The notes: generated by a model not told the origin, from the letters alone. A stretch of 64,000 nucleotides of DNA from an uncultured Clostridia bacterium (GCA_949106495.1 CARYZD010000007.1:44710-108709), one strand, 5' to 3'; counted from the stretch's first letter, positions 10,724 to 22,425 are shown. Program-made: numbers and translations.

Positions 10724-11012
10724 TTTTTCGTCCTCCTACTTTAATATGTATCTTATTATACCACATATTTAACATAAAATAAAGTAATATTTACTTTTAT
10801 TTGTAACATTTTGTCTTATTTTATGGAACAAAATTTTTATAAAAATATATTTTAGACTTGTTAACTTTTATTTTAAAATCAAGAAATAATTACTTATTAA
10901 TTAAGTTTGAAATAATATACCACCATTTATAGTTTTAAGCTAGCTTACTCGCACAAGTAGACATAAATTCAAAAAATAAAACAATATTTTACTTTTTTTA
11001 CAAACAATTAAA

Positions 11013-11037
11013 GTAATCCTTGATAATCAAGGATTAC
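11013..11037 (-). terminator. palindromic terminator after the 201-aa hypothetical gene
   Basis: gtaatccttgataatcaaggattac followed by T-rich run. Confidence 0.55.
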
Positions 11038-11039
11038 TT

Positions 11040-11645
11040 TTACTTAAAGAAAATTGTTTCTTTTTGAATATCATTATTTAAAATTGTATCTCCTATTTTG
11101 TATGTTGCAAGCTCAATTTTTATTCCATATAATTTAAGTATTTCTATTATTATTTCATAATTTTCAAAATATGTATTTTTCTCATCTAATATCTTATCCA
11201 CATTTGCTATTGTATTACGACCTACAAAATGATTTTTCCATATATCTTTATACATATACATAGCATATGCTTCATCATATCCAAGTTTTTTAAGCTTTTC
11301 TTCATTTCCAAAGCATATATAATCATAAATTCTTTTATTAAAACTATATTTTTCAATAACTGCTATATCGTCTACTGAAGTAGCCATAAATGTATCTTGA
11401 GCTAGTTTTTTAGCTATTTTTCTTATTACACTTTTATTAGCATTAATATTTTCAAATTTAAAAAACTCAGATGATATTACACAAATATTATTTATACTAT
11501 CATGCAAAATATCTATTTGAGTAGTATTATCTTCTTTACTACAAATATTATAATTTAAATCTAATATATTTTTTTCTATTTTTTCTTTTATAAAATTAAT
11601 ATCTTTATTATTAAAAATTATAATATTAGAAAATTCTTTATTCAT
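11040..11645 (-). CDS. hypothetical protein (201 aa)
   Basis: Long ORF with typical codon usage; no recognisable motif. Confidence 0.4.
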   Translation of the reverse strand: MNKEFSNIIIFNNKDINFIKEKIEKNILDLNYNICSKEDNTTQIDILHDSINNICVISSEFFKFENINANKSVIRKIAKKLAQDTFMATSVDDIAVIEKYSFNKRIYDYICFGNEEKLKKLGYDEAYAMYMYKDIWKNHFVGRNTIANVDKILDEKNTYFENYEIIIEILKLYGIKIELATYKIGDTILNNDIQKETIFFK

Positions 11646-11685
11646 CTAATCACCAATAAAAGTATATATGAGATTAATAAATTTG

Positions 11686-12264
11686 TCAAACAAGAAGTGG
11701 TTGTATTTGTTCTCCTTGTCTTGCAAGTTTAATTGTATCCATAACTTTTGTATAATCTAAAACAAGTGATTTAGGTTTTTTTACATAATCGTCTTGTCTA
11801 AATGGTACAAAATAGAAATTCTTTGTATCATATAATAATCCTATATTTTTAAAGTTTGCTCCCAAACCATCATTTGTAGATATTCCTATTACTACTGGCT
11901 TATTATTTCTAATATGTCCTTTTGTAGCCATTAATACCGCACTATCAGTAATTCCACTAGCAAGTTTTGCAACAGTATTTCCTGTACATGGAACAATTAC
12001 CATTATATCTATCATATCTTTTGGCCCTATTGGCTCAGCAGCTACAATATCATCTATAACTTTTTGTCCTGTCTCTCTTTCAAGCATCTCAATAAAATTA
12101 TCTTTTACAAAAAATCTTGTATCGTATGTCTTTGTAACAAATGATACTATAGGTATTATCTTTGCAACTTTTTCTGCTTTTAACGCATCAATTAATCCTT
12201 TTATATTTGGAAAATTACAAAAAGAACCTGTTATTCCAAGTCCAATATTTAAATTCTCTAGCAT
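11686..12264 (-). CDS. dpaB: dipicolinate synthase subunit B (HFCD-family flavoprotein)
   Basis: Alignable along its length with SpoVFB: GITGSFC, TRFF, AEPIGPK, PCTGNTVAKLASGITDSAVLMATKGHIRNNKPVVIGISTNDGLG, FVPFRQDD..KKPKS, IQPLLV. Confidence 0.8.
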   Translation of the reverse strand: MLENLNIGLGITGSFCNFPNIKGLIDALKAEKVAKIIPIVSFVTKTYDTRFFVKDNFIEMLERETGQKVIDDIVAAEPIGPKDMIDIMVIVPCTGNTVAKLASGITDSAVLMATKGHIRNNKPVVIGISTNDGLGANFKNIGLLYDTKNFYFVPFRQDDYVKKPKSLVLDYTKVMDTIKLARQGEQIQPLLV

Positions 12265-12337
12265 TTTACACCTCCAATACTATATTGTATGAGAAATGTT
12301 TTTTAAGGTGCAAAAAAGAGTAAGTTAAACTTACTCT

Positions 12338-12703
12338 TTAAGATTGTTTCTTATCTTTTCTTAAATTTCCTAATAATATTCCAATTAGAGACACTACACT
12401 ATATATTAATCCTAGCGGAATAACTGATAAACTAATATCTCCACTTAATAGCTCAAAAGTAGTAGCTTCAAATATCATTAATGAAACCCCAAAAAATAAT
12501 GCTAACAAATATTTATATTTACTTTTAGTTAATAAGCTATAAATTAATGATATTAAAAATGTACATACAGGAAATACTGAACCATGTGTTATTATTCCAA
12601 ATCCTAAACCACATTTATCTAGAACTGTCCAAAACCAAATTTCTAAACCTATTAAATATATTATAAACAGAATTATTGGTATAAATTTTAATATTTTTTT
12701 CAT
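12338..12703 (-). CDS. small integral membrane protein (121 aa, 4 TM)
   Basis: Hydrophobic ORF; no motif. Confidence 0.4.
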   Translation of the reverse strand: MKKILKFIPIILFIIYLIGLEIWFWTVLDKCGLGFGIITHGSVFPVCTFLISLIYSLLTKSKYKYLLALFFGVSLMIFEATTFELLSGDISLSVIPLGLIYSVVSLIGILLGNLRKDKKQS

Positions 12704-12791
12704 ATATTCACCTCATATATTCTGATAATATCATATATGAAAGATAATTACTATATAAACTTTTGAATTTACATTTATTTTCTATTTAATA

Positions 12792-15700
12792 TTACTCATC
12801 AATAGTTGATATTCCAAGAGTTATTTCTTCTAATACATCTAGTAATACTCTTACTGTATCAAGTGCTGTAAAAATAGGGATATTGTTTTCAACAGAGCAT
12901 CTTCTAATCATTACTCCATCTGTTTCTTGACTCATAGAATCAATATTTCTTGTATTAATTACATAGTTAACATATCCTTTTCTCATTGACTCTAGAATTT
13001 CTTCACTACCTTCACTAATTTTCTTTTTAATTCTTGTACGTATTCCATGCTCTTTTAAAAATTTAGCAGTTCCCTCTGTTGCTTCTATATTAAATCCTAA
13101 ATTATAAAATCTCTTAATAAGAGGTAGCGCTTCTTCTTTGTCCTTATTTGCTATAGTTACAAATATTGTTCCATAATTTGCAAGATGCATTCCTGATGAT
13201 TGAAGTGCTTTATACACAGCTCTAGTAAGTTTCTTATCATATCCTATTGCTTCTCCTGTAGACTTCATTTCAGGAGAAAGACAAGCATCAAGTCCATTTA
13301 GTTTTGAGAATGAAAATGCAGGTGCTTTAACATACCATTTATCTTTTTCTTTTGGGTATACTTCATCTATTCCTTGCTCTTTTAGGCTCTTTCCAAGCAT
13401 AACTAAAGTTCCTATATCTGCAAGAGAATATCCTGTTGATTTAGATATAAAAGGAACTGTTCTTGAAGACCTTGGATTTACTTCTATAACATATACTTCT
13501 TCATTCTTATCTACAATAAATTGAATATTATATAATCCTACTATTCCAATACCTAATCCTAATTTTATTGTATAATCTATTATTTTTTGTTTTGCTTTAT
13601 CTGTTACACTAAATGTAGGATAAACACTTATACTATCTCCTGAGTGAATACCTGTTTTTTCAACATGTTCCATAATTCCTGGTATAAATACATCTTTTCC
13701 ATCACAAACAGCATCAACTTCTAACTCTTTTCCTACAATATATTTATCTACTAGAACAGGTTGTTTTTTATTTACTTCAACGGCTGTTTTTAAATATTTT
13801 TCTAATGCTACTTTATTTGAAACAATTTGCATTGCTCTTCCTCCAAGAACATAGCTTGGTCTTACCAGTACAGGATACCCTATTTCTTCTGCAACTTTTA
13901 TGCCGTCTTCTATATTAGTTACTGCTTGACCTTTTGGTTGTAGCAATTCTAGTTTCTCCATTACTTTTTCAAAAGCATCTCTATTTTCTGCTTTTTCTAT
14001 AGCATCTACATCTGTTCCAATAATTTTTACACCTAATTTTGAAAGTGGTTCTGCAAGATTTATTGCTGTTTGTCCTCCTAAAGCTGCAATAACACCTTCT
14101 GGTTTTTCTAGATTTATAATATTCATAACATCTTCTACTGTTAATGGTTCAAAATACAATTTATCACTTGTTGTATAATCTGTCGATACAGTTTCAGGAT
14201 TATTATTTATAATGATTGCCTCAAAACCGGCCTCTTTAATTGTCTTAATTGCATGTACAGTTGAATAATCAAACTCAACACCTTGACCAATTCTAATTGG
14301 TCCTGCTCCTAGTACAATTATTTTCTTTTTATCACTTACAATAGATTCATTTTCTTCCTCATAACTTGAGTAGAAATATGGTACATAGCTTTCAAATTCA
14401 CTACTACATGTATCTATCATTTTATATACGGGATAAATATCCTCTTTTTGTCTTAAAGCATATATTTCTTCTTCTGTTTTATTCCATAATTTTGCAATAT
14501 ATCTATCACTAAATCCCATTTTCTTTGCTTCTTTTAATATTTCTATATTATCTATATTATTAAGTAATGCATTTTCTTCATTTACAATATTTTTTATTTT
14601 TTCTAAGAAAAACATGTCTATTTTAGTTAAATTATATATTAAACCTAAATCCACATTTCTTCTAATTAATTCTGCTATAGCATAAATTCTATCATCTGTG
14701 CCATCTTTTATATACTCCATTAGATTTTCTGATTTTTCATTATCAAATTTTGCCATATGAATATGATATACGCCAGTCTCTAATGAACGAATAGCTTTTA
14801 GAAGACTCTCTTCAAATGTTCTTCCAATACTCATTACTTCTCCTGTCGCTTTCATTTGAGTATTTAATTTATTTGAAGCAAGAGTAAACTTGTCGAATGG
14901 AAATCTTGGTATTTTGGTTACTATATAATCAAGTGCTGGTTCAAAACTTGCTGGAGTATTTGCAAGCATTATTTCATCAAGTCTCATACCAATAGCAATT
15001 TTTGCAGAAACTCTAGCAATAGGATATCCACTCGCTTTAGAAGCTAGTGCAGATGAACGAGATACTCTGGGATTTACTTCTATTAAATAGTAATTAAATG
15101 AATGAGGGTCTAGTGCAAACTGTACATTACAGCCTCCTTCTATTTTTAATGCTCTAATTATTTTTAAAGCACTATCTCTTAATAATTGATATTCTTTATT
15201 GGTTAATGTTTGACTTGGTGCAACAACTATCGAATCTCCTGTATGAATTCCTACAGGATCTAAATTTTCCATATTACATACTGTAATAGCTGTATCATTT
15301 TTATCCCTAATTACTTCATATTCTATCTCTTTATATCCTTTTATGCTTTTTTCTACTAAAACTTGTCCCACTGGAGAAAGACTTAAAGCATGTTTAATTA
15401 TCTCTACTAATTCTTTTTCATTATCTGCAAATCCTCCACCTGTTCCTCCAAGAGTAAAAGCAGGTCTTAAAACAACTGGATATCCTATCTTATTTGCAGC
15501 TTCTATTCCTTCTTCTATAGAAGTTGCAATAAAAGATTCAAGTACTGGTTCTCCAAGTTCTTGACATAGTTCTTTAAATTTTTCTCTATCTTCTGCCATT
15601 TCTATACTCTCACTAGTAGTTCCTAAAAGTTCTGCTTGGCACTCTTGTAATACACCTTTTTTATATAACTGCATTGCTATATTTAAGCCTGTTTGACCTC

Positions 15701-15971
15701 CAATTCCTGGAAGAATAGCATCTGGTCTTTCATAACGAATTATTTTTGCTACATATTCTATTGTAAGAGGCTCCATATATACTTTATCTGCAATTGAAGT
15801 GTCTGTCATAATAGTTGCAGGATTAGAGTTAACAAGTATTACTTTATATCCTTCTTCTTTTAAAGCAAGACATGCTTGTGTACCTGCATAATCAAACTCG
15901 GCTGCTTGTCCAATAACAATTGGACCTGAACCTATAACTAAAACTGTTTTTATATCTTTTCTTTTTGGCAT
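12792..15971 (-). CDS. carB: carbamoyl-phosphate synthase large subunit
   Basis: 1059 aa; duplicated ATP-grasp halves; oligomerisation and MGS-like C-terminal domains. Confidence 0.97.
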   Translation of the reverse strand: MPKRKDIKTVLVIGSGPIVIGQAAEFDYAGTQACLALKEEGYKVILVNSNPATIMTDTSIADKVYMEPLTIEYVAKIIRYERPDAILPGIGGQTGLNIAMQLYKKGVLQECQAELLGTTSESIEMAEDREKFKELCQELGEPVLESFIATSIEEGIEAANKIGYPVVLRPAFTLGGTGGGFADNEKELVEIIKHALSLSPVGQVLVEKSIKGYKEIEYEVIRDKNDTAITVCNMENLDPVGIHTGDSIVVAPSQTLTNKEYQLLRDSALKIIRALKIEGGCNVQFALDPHSFNYYLIEVNPRVSRSSALASKASGYPIARVSAKIAIGMRLDEIMLANTPASFEPALDYIVTKIPRFPFDKFTLASNKLNTQMKATGEVMSIGRTFEESLLKAIRSLETGVYHIHMAKFDNEKSENLMEYIKDGTDDRIYAIAELIRRNVDLGLIYNLTKIDMFFLEKIKNIVNEENALLNNIDNIEILKEAKKMGFSDRYIAKLWNKTEEEIYALRQKEDIYPVYKMIDTCSSEFESYVPYFYSSYEEENESIVSDKKKIIVLGAGPIRIGQGVEFDYSTVHAIKTIKEAGFEAIIINNNPETVSTDYTTSDKLYFEPLTVEDVMNIINLEKPEGVIAALGGQTAINLAEPLSKLGVKIIGTDVDAIEKAENRDAFEKVMEKLELLQPKGQAVTNIEDGIKVAEEIGYPVLVRPSYVLGGRAMQIVSNKVALEKYLKTAVEVNKKQPVLVDKYIVGKELEVDAVCDGKDVFIPGIMEHVEKTGIHSGDSISVYPTFSVTDKAKQKIIDYTIKLGLGIGIVGLYNIQFIVDKNEEVYVIEVNPRSSRTVPFISKSTGYSLADIGTLVMLGKSLKEQGIDEVYPKEKDKWYVKAPAFSFSKLNGLDACLSPEMKSTGEAIGYDKKLTRAVYKALQSSGMHLANYGTIFVTIANKDKEEALPLIKRFYNLGFNIEATEGTAKFLKEHGIRTRIKKKISEGSEEILESMRKGYVNYVINTRNIDSMSQETDGVMIRRCSVENNIPIFTALDTVRVLLDVLEEITLGISTIDE

Positions 15972-15995
15972 TTTCTTCTCACCTTTCTTTTATCT

Positions 15996-17077
15996 TTACT
16001 TTTTTAATAAACTAATAAATTTGTCAAATAAATATCCACTATCTTGTGGTCCTGGCGCACTTTCAGGATGATATTGAACACTAAATACTTTATCTTCCTT
16101 ACATTCAACACCTTCTATTGTATTATCTAATATATTTTTATGAGTAGCTACTAATCTAGTATTTTTTAAAGAATCCTCATTTACTGCATAACTATGATTT
16201 TGACTTGTTATTTCAATTTTATCATTTTCCAAATTTAATACTGGATGATTTCCTCCTCTATGTCCAAATTTTAACTTATATGTTTTTGCTCCATAAGCAA
16301 GACTTATCATTTGATGTCCTAAACATATTCCAAATATAGGATATTTTCCTCTTAATTCTTTTACTAAACTTATTACTTCTGTTACATCTTCTGGATTTCC
16401 GGGCCCATTGGATAAAAATATTCCATCAGGTTTTAAATCTATTATATCTTTTGCTGTTGTATTATATGGTACAACTGTAACATTACATCCTCTTTTATTT
16501 AAGTTTCTCACTATATTTAATTTCATACCACAGTCAATTGCAACAACATTATAATTTGCATTTGCAGTTCTTGAATACCATTTCTTTTTACAACTTACTT
16601 TTTCTACTGCATCTTTTGGAATAGTGTAGTCATTGAGTTTCTTTAATGCTTCTTCCTTTGTTGTATTGATATCTGTTATTATAACTTTTCTACTTCCTTT
16701 TTCTCTAATGCTTCTAGTTAATTTTCTTGTATCTATACCTGATATTGCTGGAACATTATTTTCTTCTAAATACTCTGATAATGTCTTTGTATATCTAAAA
16801 TTACTTGGAAAATCATTATATTCTCTTACAATCATTCCTCCTATTGTTGGTTGTTTTGTTTCATAATCTTCATCTGTTATTCCATAATTTCCAATTAATG
16901 GATAAGTCATAACTACCATTTGATATGTATATGATGGGTCTGATACAATTTCTTGATATCCAACCATAGATGTATTAAATACAATTTCACATATTGATTC
17001 TATATTTGCTCCAAATCCATATCCATAGTATTCTTCACCATCTTCTAATACAATTTTCTTATTGAATTCTTTCATGA
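15996..17077 (-). CDS. carA: carbamoyl-phosphate synthase small (glutaminase) subunit
   Basis: Class-I GATase with catalytic GICLGHQ; start set at MKEFNKK (GAAAGGAAACG RBS). Confidence 0.95.
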
Positions 17078-17117
17078 TTTCGTTTCCTTTCTTATTTAAA
17101 TACTTAAAAATTTTCAA

Positions 17118-17150
17118 AAAAAAATAAGGACAATAATCCTTATTAAAATA
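17118..17150 (-). terminator. weak hairpin plus 9-T tract immediately upstream of the carA RBS (possible attenuator)
   Basis: taaggattattgtcctta followed by tttttttttg on minus strand. A 29-aa ORF (MKNNVIETSLISTSNIALIIFSVLFTFLF*) stops at the base of the hairpin. Confidence 0.35.
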
Positions 17151-17422
17151 AAAATGTAAATAAAACTGAAAAGATAATTAAAGCTATATTTGAAGTTGAT
17201 ATTAAACTAGTTTCAATTACATTATTTTTCATTTTTATCTGCATCCTTTCTTTTTTTGTTTTTAATCTTTCATATTATAACAATAAACTATAATTAATTG
17301 CAATAGTTTTTTAAACTTTTTTATTTAATATTTTATACTATAATATATAAAATTTATATTATGGTATTTATATAATAATAAAACAGCACAAAACTAATAT
17401 TTGTACTGTTTTATATTTAATT

Positions 17423-18031
17423 CTATATTTTTCTAAATAATCCAATTACTTTTCCAAGTATTTGAACATCTTTTACAATTATTGGTTCCATTGTCGAATT
17501 TTCTGGTTGAAGTCTAACATAGTCTTTTTCTTTATAAAAAGTTTTTACTGTAGCCTCCCCTTCAATCATTGCAACAACAATTTGTCCATTTCTTGCAGAA
17601 TTTTGTTTTGAGACAATAATATAATCTCCATCGTTTATCCCTGCCTCAATCATGCTCTCTCCTTGAACTTTTAATATAAAATTATCATTTTGAAGTGCAT
17701 CTTTTGAAAAAAAGCTTTCTCCAATTGACATATAATCCTCAATATTTTCTGTTGCAAGAATTGGTTCTCCTGCTGCAACTTTACCAACAATTGGTACAGA
17801 TATAGTTGATTCATTTCCAACAATTCTAATTGCTCTTGTTTTTAAATCTCCTTTATCTATGTATCCTTTTTCTGCAAGTCTCCATATATACTGATGAGCA
17901 GATGATGTAGACTTAAATCCTACTGCTGCACATATTTCTCTTACAGATGGTGGATATCCTGTATCTTTAATTTGCTTTTTTATGTATTCAAAAACTTTTT
18001 GCTCTTTATCGTTTAAAGTTGTATTATTCAT
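17423..18031 (-). CDS. lexA: LexA repressor
   Basis: N-terminal winged HTH; cleavage-site AAGEP; S24 peptidase Ser/Lys (GESM ... K). Confidence 0.95.
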   Translation of the reverse strand: MNNTTLNDKEQKVFEYIKKQIKDTGYPPSVREICAAVGFKSTSSAHQYIWRLAEKGYIDKGDLKTRAIRIVGNESTISVPIVGKVAAGEPILATENIEDYMSIGESFFSKDALQNDNFILKVQGESMIEAGINDGDYIIVSKQNSARNGQIVVAMIEGEATVKTFYKEKDYVRLQPENSTMEPIIVKDVQILGKVIGLFRKI

Positions 18032-18050
18032 ATATCTTAAACTCCTTTCA

Positions 18051-18106
18051 AACTAACGTTTGTTAAATTATATCATATGATTTTTTTATTGTCAAACAAA
18101 AGTTCG
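18051..18106 (-). promoter_or_regulatory. lexA promoter with LexA (Cheo-type) operators
   Basis: Minus-strand TTGACA-17-TATAAT (18067-18095). CGAACTTTTGTTTG (RC of 18093-18106) overlaps the -35. A second AAC-N4-GTT half-match (18054-18065) lies between the -10 and the RBS. Confidence 0.65.
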
Positions 18107-18171
18107 ATAAATTAATAATATTGCCAAAATACGACTAAAAGCATTACAAAACTGTAATGCTTTCTTTTAAT

Positions 18172-18525
18172 TTATATTTCTTCTTTCCATTCTTTTTCTT
18201 TAAATCCGATTAAAACATTGTTATTTAGAACAAGTAATGGCCTTTTAATTAGCATTCCATTAGATGATAATAATTTAATTTTTTCTTCATCTGTCATATC
18301 AATTAATTTTTTAGATAGTTCCATTTGTCTATATAATATACCACTAGTATTAAAAAAATTATTGATAGGTTTTTGACTTAGTTCTATCCATGTTTTAAGT
18401 TCTTCAAATGTAGGAGTTTCATCAACTATATTTCTATCTATAAACTTTACATTTCTATCTTCTAAATATTTTTTAGCTTTCTTACATGTTGAACATTTTG
18501 GATATTCTATAAATATATTACTCAT
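18172..18525 (-). CDS. ArsC/Spx/YffB-family thioredoxin-fold protein
   Basis: N-terminal CxxC (YPKCSTCKKAKKYL) and family length. Confidence 0.65.
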   Translation of the reverse strand: MSNIFIEYPKCSTCKKAKKYLEDRNVKFIDRNIVDETPTFEELKTWIELSQKPINNFFNTSGILYRQMELSKKLIDMTDEEKIKLLSSNGMLIKRPLLVLNNNVLIGFKEKEWKEEI

Positions 18526-18528
18526 ATT

Positions 18529-19605
18529 TTACTCCTGACCAAAACATACACCCATGTCTCTTGCTGTTCTACATAGGTCATCTGATTCCATATTTAATAA
18601 TCTTGGTACTCTTTCTTTTGGGAATGCCATTTTTACTACTGTACCACCTTTAATTCCAACAATATATCCTGGTTCTCCTGTAATTAGAAGTTTACATGCT
18701 GCATTACCAAGTCTTGCACCAAGTATAATATCTGATGTAGTTGGTTCTCCACCTCTTTGAATATGTCCAAGTATAGTTGCTCTTGTTTCATATCCTGTAA
18801 GTTGTTCAATTTGAGCAGCAAGTTTTTGTGACACACCACCATATCTTTTTTGTTCAAAACTATCTTTTACAAGTTTTGCAATTGTTTCTTCTCCGCCTTT
18901 TTCTTTTGCAGCTTCAGAAACCGCAATAATTACATATCTTTTTCCAGATTTCATTATTTCATCTACTTTATCACAAACAACTTTTAAACTATAATCTTGT
19001 TCTGGTAAAAGTATTATATCTGCACCTGATGCAAATCCTGCATGAAGTGTTAAATATCCTGATGTTCTTCCCATAAGTTCTACAACCATAACTCTTCTAT
19101 GAGAATATGCAGTAGTAATTAATTTTCTGATAGCATCAACTGCTGCATCTATTGCTGTTTGGAAACCAATTGTTGGCTCTGATGCAGACATATCATTATC
19201 TATTGTTTTAGGTATACCTACTGTAGGCATTCCATGTTCATATATTACTCTTGCAGAATCTAATGTACCATCTCCCCCGATGATAACCATTCCTTCTACA
19301 CCTTGTTCTCTTAATTTTTCAATTCCTTCATCTACTCTGTCATCAAATCCTCCAGTTTTTTTATTATAATAATGGAAAGGACATTCTTTATTTGAAGAAC
19401 CAAGCATTGTTCCACCCTTTGTTTCAATACTTCTAACAATTTCTTCATTTAAATCTGTATATCTTCCTTCAACAAATCCTATGTATCCATCCATAACACC
19501 TAATACTTCAATTCCTTGTGTGTTAGCAGTCATTACTATTGACTTTATAGCACTATTTAATCCTGCACAATCTCCACCTGCTGTCATAATTGCAATTTTT
19601 TTCAT
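18529..19605 (-). CDS. pfkA: 6-phosphofructokinase
   Basis: GGDCAGLN, GGDGT, PKTIDNDM, MGR motifs. Confidence 0.9.
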   Translation of the reverse strand: MKKIAIMTAGGDCAGLNSAIKSIVMTANTQGIEVLGVMDGYIGFVEGRYTDLNEEIVRSIETKGGTMLGSSNKECPFHYYNKKTGGFDDRVDEGIEKLREQGVEGMVIIGGDGTLDSARVIYEHGMPTVGIPKTIDNDMSASEPTIGFQTAIDAAVDAIRKLITTAYSHRRVMVVELMGRTSGYLTLHAGFASGADIILLPEQDYSLKVVCDKVDEIMKSGKRYVIIAVSEAAKEKGGEETIAKLVKDSFEQKRYGGVSQKLAAQIEQLTGYETRATILGHIQRGGEPTTSDIILGARLGNAACKLLITGEPGYIVGIKGGTVVKMAFPKERVPRLLNMESDDLCRTARDMGVCFGQE

Positions 19606-19619
19606 AATAAATCTCTCCT

Positions 19620-20989
19620 TTACTTTAATATACTCTTTTCTTCTATACTCATTTTTTCTGTAGCATATGATTTTAATATTCTTGGTATCTTTTGATACTT
19701 ATTTTTAACTATTAAATAATCTAATGTATCTTTTGGGTTAACTTTGTATAATTCTCTCAAAACCCAACCACTTGCTTTTTGGTAAAGATGATATTCTTCA
19801 TAAAACACATCATCTATGACTTTAAATACCACCTCTTTCCTATTTTCTTTAGCAATATATAGTAATGATACTATACCTATCCTTTTAGTCCATACATCTT
19901 GAGATTTAGTGTATTCTCTTAATGTATCATATATTTTATTATCACATTCATTAATTATTTGTTTTCCTATACAAATTGGAGCAAGACTATCAACTAGGTC
20001 CCAATTATTTATATGCTCAAGATTTTTATCTATAAATTCCTTTACACCTATATTATTACCACTTTCTACCATGTTTACAAGACAAAAAATAGCAAATCTT
20101 CTGTAATCATGAATATTTGACGATATAAAATATTCTAATGTATTAAAAGAAACTAATTTGTACCAAATTTTAGCAAGTTTTCTAATCCTTGGTACTTTAA
20201 TTCCAAGTAAAATATCTCCTTGTGCATATCCACCTTCGACAGCTTGAACTGTCCTTTTTTCAAACTCTAAATTTGCCTCTTTAGGTGTTATTTCTATATT
20301 CATTATAATATTTAATATATTAATTCTATCTTGAAGTATATCTTCATATTTTGTCAAATAACTTCCAACAACTAGACCGTCTATATTTGAGCTTAATGGT
20401 TTAAATAAAGTTTCCTCATTTATTCCACCATCTACTTGAACAAATATATTGTTATACTTTTCTTTTATTTCCTTTATTTTATCTGTTGAAAATTCAATAT
20501 AACTCTGACCACCAAATCCAGGTTCTACTGACATTACTAAAACTTTATCTATAGCATTAATATACTTCTGTAATACATCTATATTTGTATTAGGTTTAAT
20601 TGCTATACCAATTTTTAAGTTATTATGTTCTTTTTTCTTATTTAATAGATAATTTAAAGCATAATCCAAATTTTCTATTTCATAATGAATTGTTATATCT
20701 GTACATCCATATTCTAAAGCTTTATCTATATATCCATCTTCTACTGGCTTTTCAACCATTAAATGAACATCCATATAATATCCATATCTTTTTACTTCTT
20801 TCATTTTTTCTATGTCTACTCCAGTATTTGGAACAAATTTATTATCCATAACATCAAAATGAATAGTAGTTTCAAAAAGATTTTCTACCTTACTTTGCTT
20901 TAATTTTTTTTCTACTATACCTAATTTGTCTAAAAATTGTGGTATATTATCTACATTTAAAATAGATATAGCTAAATTCTTCATATTAA
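19620..20989 (-). CDS. rpe: ribulose-phosphate 3-epimerase fused to a DNA alkylation repair (AlkD-like HEAT-repeat) domain
   Basis: First 227 aa are Rpe (HFDVMDNKFVPN, MSVEPGFGGQ, VDGG). The in-frame remainder is AlkD-like (RIRKLAKIWYK, NNWDLVDSLAP, ASGWVLRELYKVNPKD). No stop or RBS at the junction. Start set at MKNLAIS (AAGGAGG RBS). Confidence 0.8.
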
Positions 20990-21093
20990 ACCTCCTTTTT
21001 AACGCTATTTTAATCTTACTATAACTTTTCGTATATTTCAATATAAAACTAATTATTTGGTAAAAAAAATACTAATAGTTAAACTATTAGTAC

Positions 21094-21999
21094 TTATTTA
21101 TATCTTCTATCATATTTTTCTTTTAGCTTATTATATATGTATACATATCTTTCATATCTGCCACAATCTATATTTTCATCTTTAACTTTTCTTTTAACAT
21201 CACATACTTTTTCGCTCTCTATAACATGTGCACAATCGTCATAATCACATACACATTCCTTAAATTCTGGATAATAATTTCTAAGTTCCCTATGTTCTAC
21301 ATCATATAACTCATAACTTGAAAATCCTGGTGTATCTAAAATATATGAATTACTAGTTATTGCATATAATCTTACACTTTTAGTTGTATGTTTTCCCCTT
21401 TTGGATTTTTGTCCAATATTTCCAACTTCGACTTCTTCTGAAATATCTGTGATTTCTTTAGTTATTGATGATTTACCAACTCCTGAATTTCCAGAAAATG
21501 TTGATGTTTTACTTATTAAAAGCTTTCTTAATTCATCTATTCCTTGATTTTTTAATGCACTTACATATACAATTTTTATTCCTAAATTTCCATATACTTT
21601 CTTTATATATTCTAAATCATTTTGTGCATTTTCATCATCTTCTGCTAAATCTATTTTGTTTATACATATAATTGGAATTATATTTTTTTCAAGACATAAT
21701 GCTATTTGCTTATCTAGCAATATGTAATCTGGTGCTGGTGCTCCGACAGAAACAACAATTATCATTTGGTCTATATTGCTTACTGGTGGTCTAATTAATG
21801 AATTTTTTCTTTCTCTTACAGATAAAATCATATAATCTAAATCTATTTTTTCTACTTCAACAATATCTCCAACTAAAATATTACCTTGTTTTTTTACATT
21901 TCCTCTTGCCTTAGCACATATTATATCACTAGAATTCTCTACTTTTATAATATATATGTCTAAATCTATTCTAATTATTTTTCCTATTATTTTTTCCAT
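21094..21999 (-). CDS. rsgA: ribosome small-subunit-dependent GTPase A
   Basis: Circularly permuted GTPase motifs; GNSGVGKSS; C-terminal Zn cluster CxxC..H..C. Confidence 0.9.
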   Translation of the reverse strand: MEKIIGKIIRIDLDIYIIKVENSSDIICAKARGNVKKQGNILVGDIVEVEKIDLDYMILSVRERKNSLIRPPVSNIDQMIIVVSVGAPAPDYILLDKQIALCLEKNIIPIICINKIDLAEDDENAQNDLEYIKKVYGNLGIKIVYVSALKNQGIDELRKLLISKTSTFSGNSGVGKSSITKEITDISEEVEVGNIGQKSKRGKHTTKSVRLYAITSNSYILDTPGFSSYELYDVEHRELRNYYPEFKECVCDYDDCAHVIESEKVCDVKRKVKDENIDCGRYERYVYIYNKLKEKYDRRYK

Positions 22000-22026
22000 T
22001 TTATCTCCTAATTATATTAATATAAT

Positions 22027-22055
22027 ACTATAGTTTTTATTTTTTTTCAAGAATA
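22027..22055 (-). promoter_or_regulatory. candidate sigma-A promoter for rsgA-rpe
   Basis: Minus strand TTGAAA-17-TATTAT, ~25 nt upstream of the rsgA RBS. Confidence 0.4.
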
Positions 22056-22102
22056 AATAATTTGTTAAGTTTTAAATTACTTCTTATAAGCTTTTCCAAT
22101 TA

Positions 22103-22137
22103 GTAGGTAGACGTGAGCTGCCTACTTTTATTTTTAT
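22103..22137 (+). repeat. hairpin element 1 (gtaggtag-ACGTGAG-ctgcctac plus T-tract)
   Basis: 8-bp stem with one G·T wobble pair; loop contains GACGTGAGCT; followed by ttttatttttat. Confidence 0.6.
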
Positions 22138-22182
22138 ATAATATTTTATATATTTCTTCATATAATAAAACTAGCTAGAGAT

Positions 22183-22209
22183 GTGAACTCTAACTAGCTT
22201 GCTAATAAA
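22183..22209 (+). repeat. hairpin element 2 (agctag-aGATGTGAACTctaact-agct)
   Basis: Different stem but same GATGTGAACT loop motif. Confidence 0.5.
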
Positions 22210-22425
22210 AACTATTTTAACTTTTCAATTCTATAAATTGCATTTAGCAATTTAGCTATAGCTTCTATTAATTGAGTAAAATTTTTCAATTAGTTCACCT
22301 CACTTCTACTCTATAAAAAGAGGTGATACAATTTTATTACTTTTATATAGTTAATACAATAAATTTAAGTTTGATTTTAGTGTCTATTTTACCATCACTT
22401 TTGTAATTATTTTATAATGATATAA

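Noticed and set aside
17118-17422. ArgR (ARG box) or PyrR binding sites upstream of carAB.
   Set aside because: I found no convincing TNTGAATWWWWATTCANW-type ARG box and no PyrR ARUCCAGAGAGGCU loop motif by eye. Only the weak hairpin/T9 plus small ORF is reported, at low confidence.
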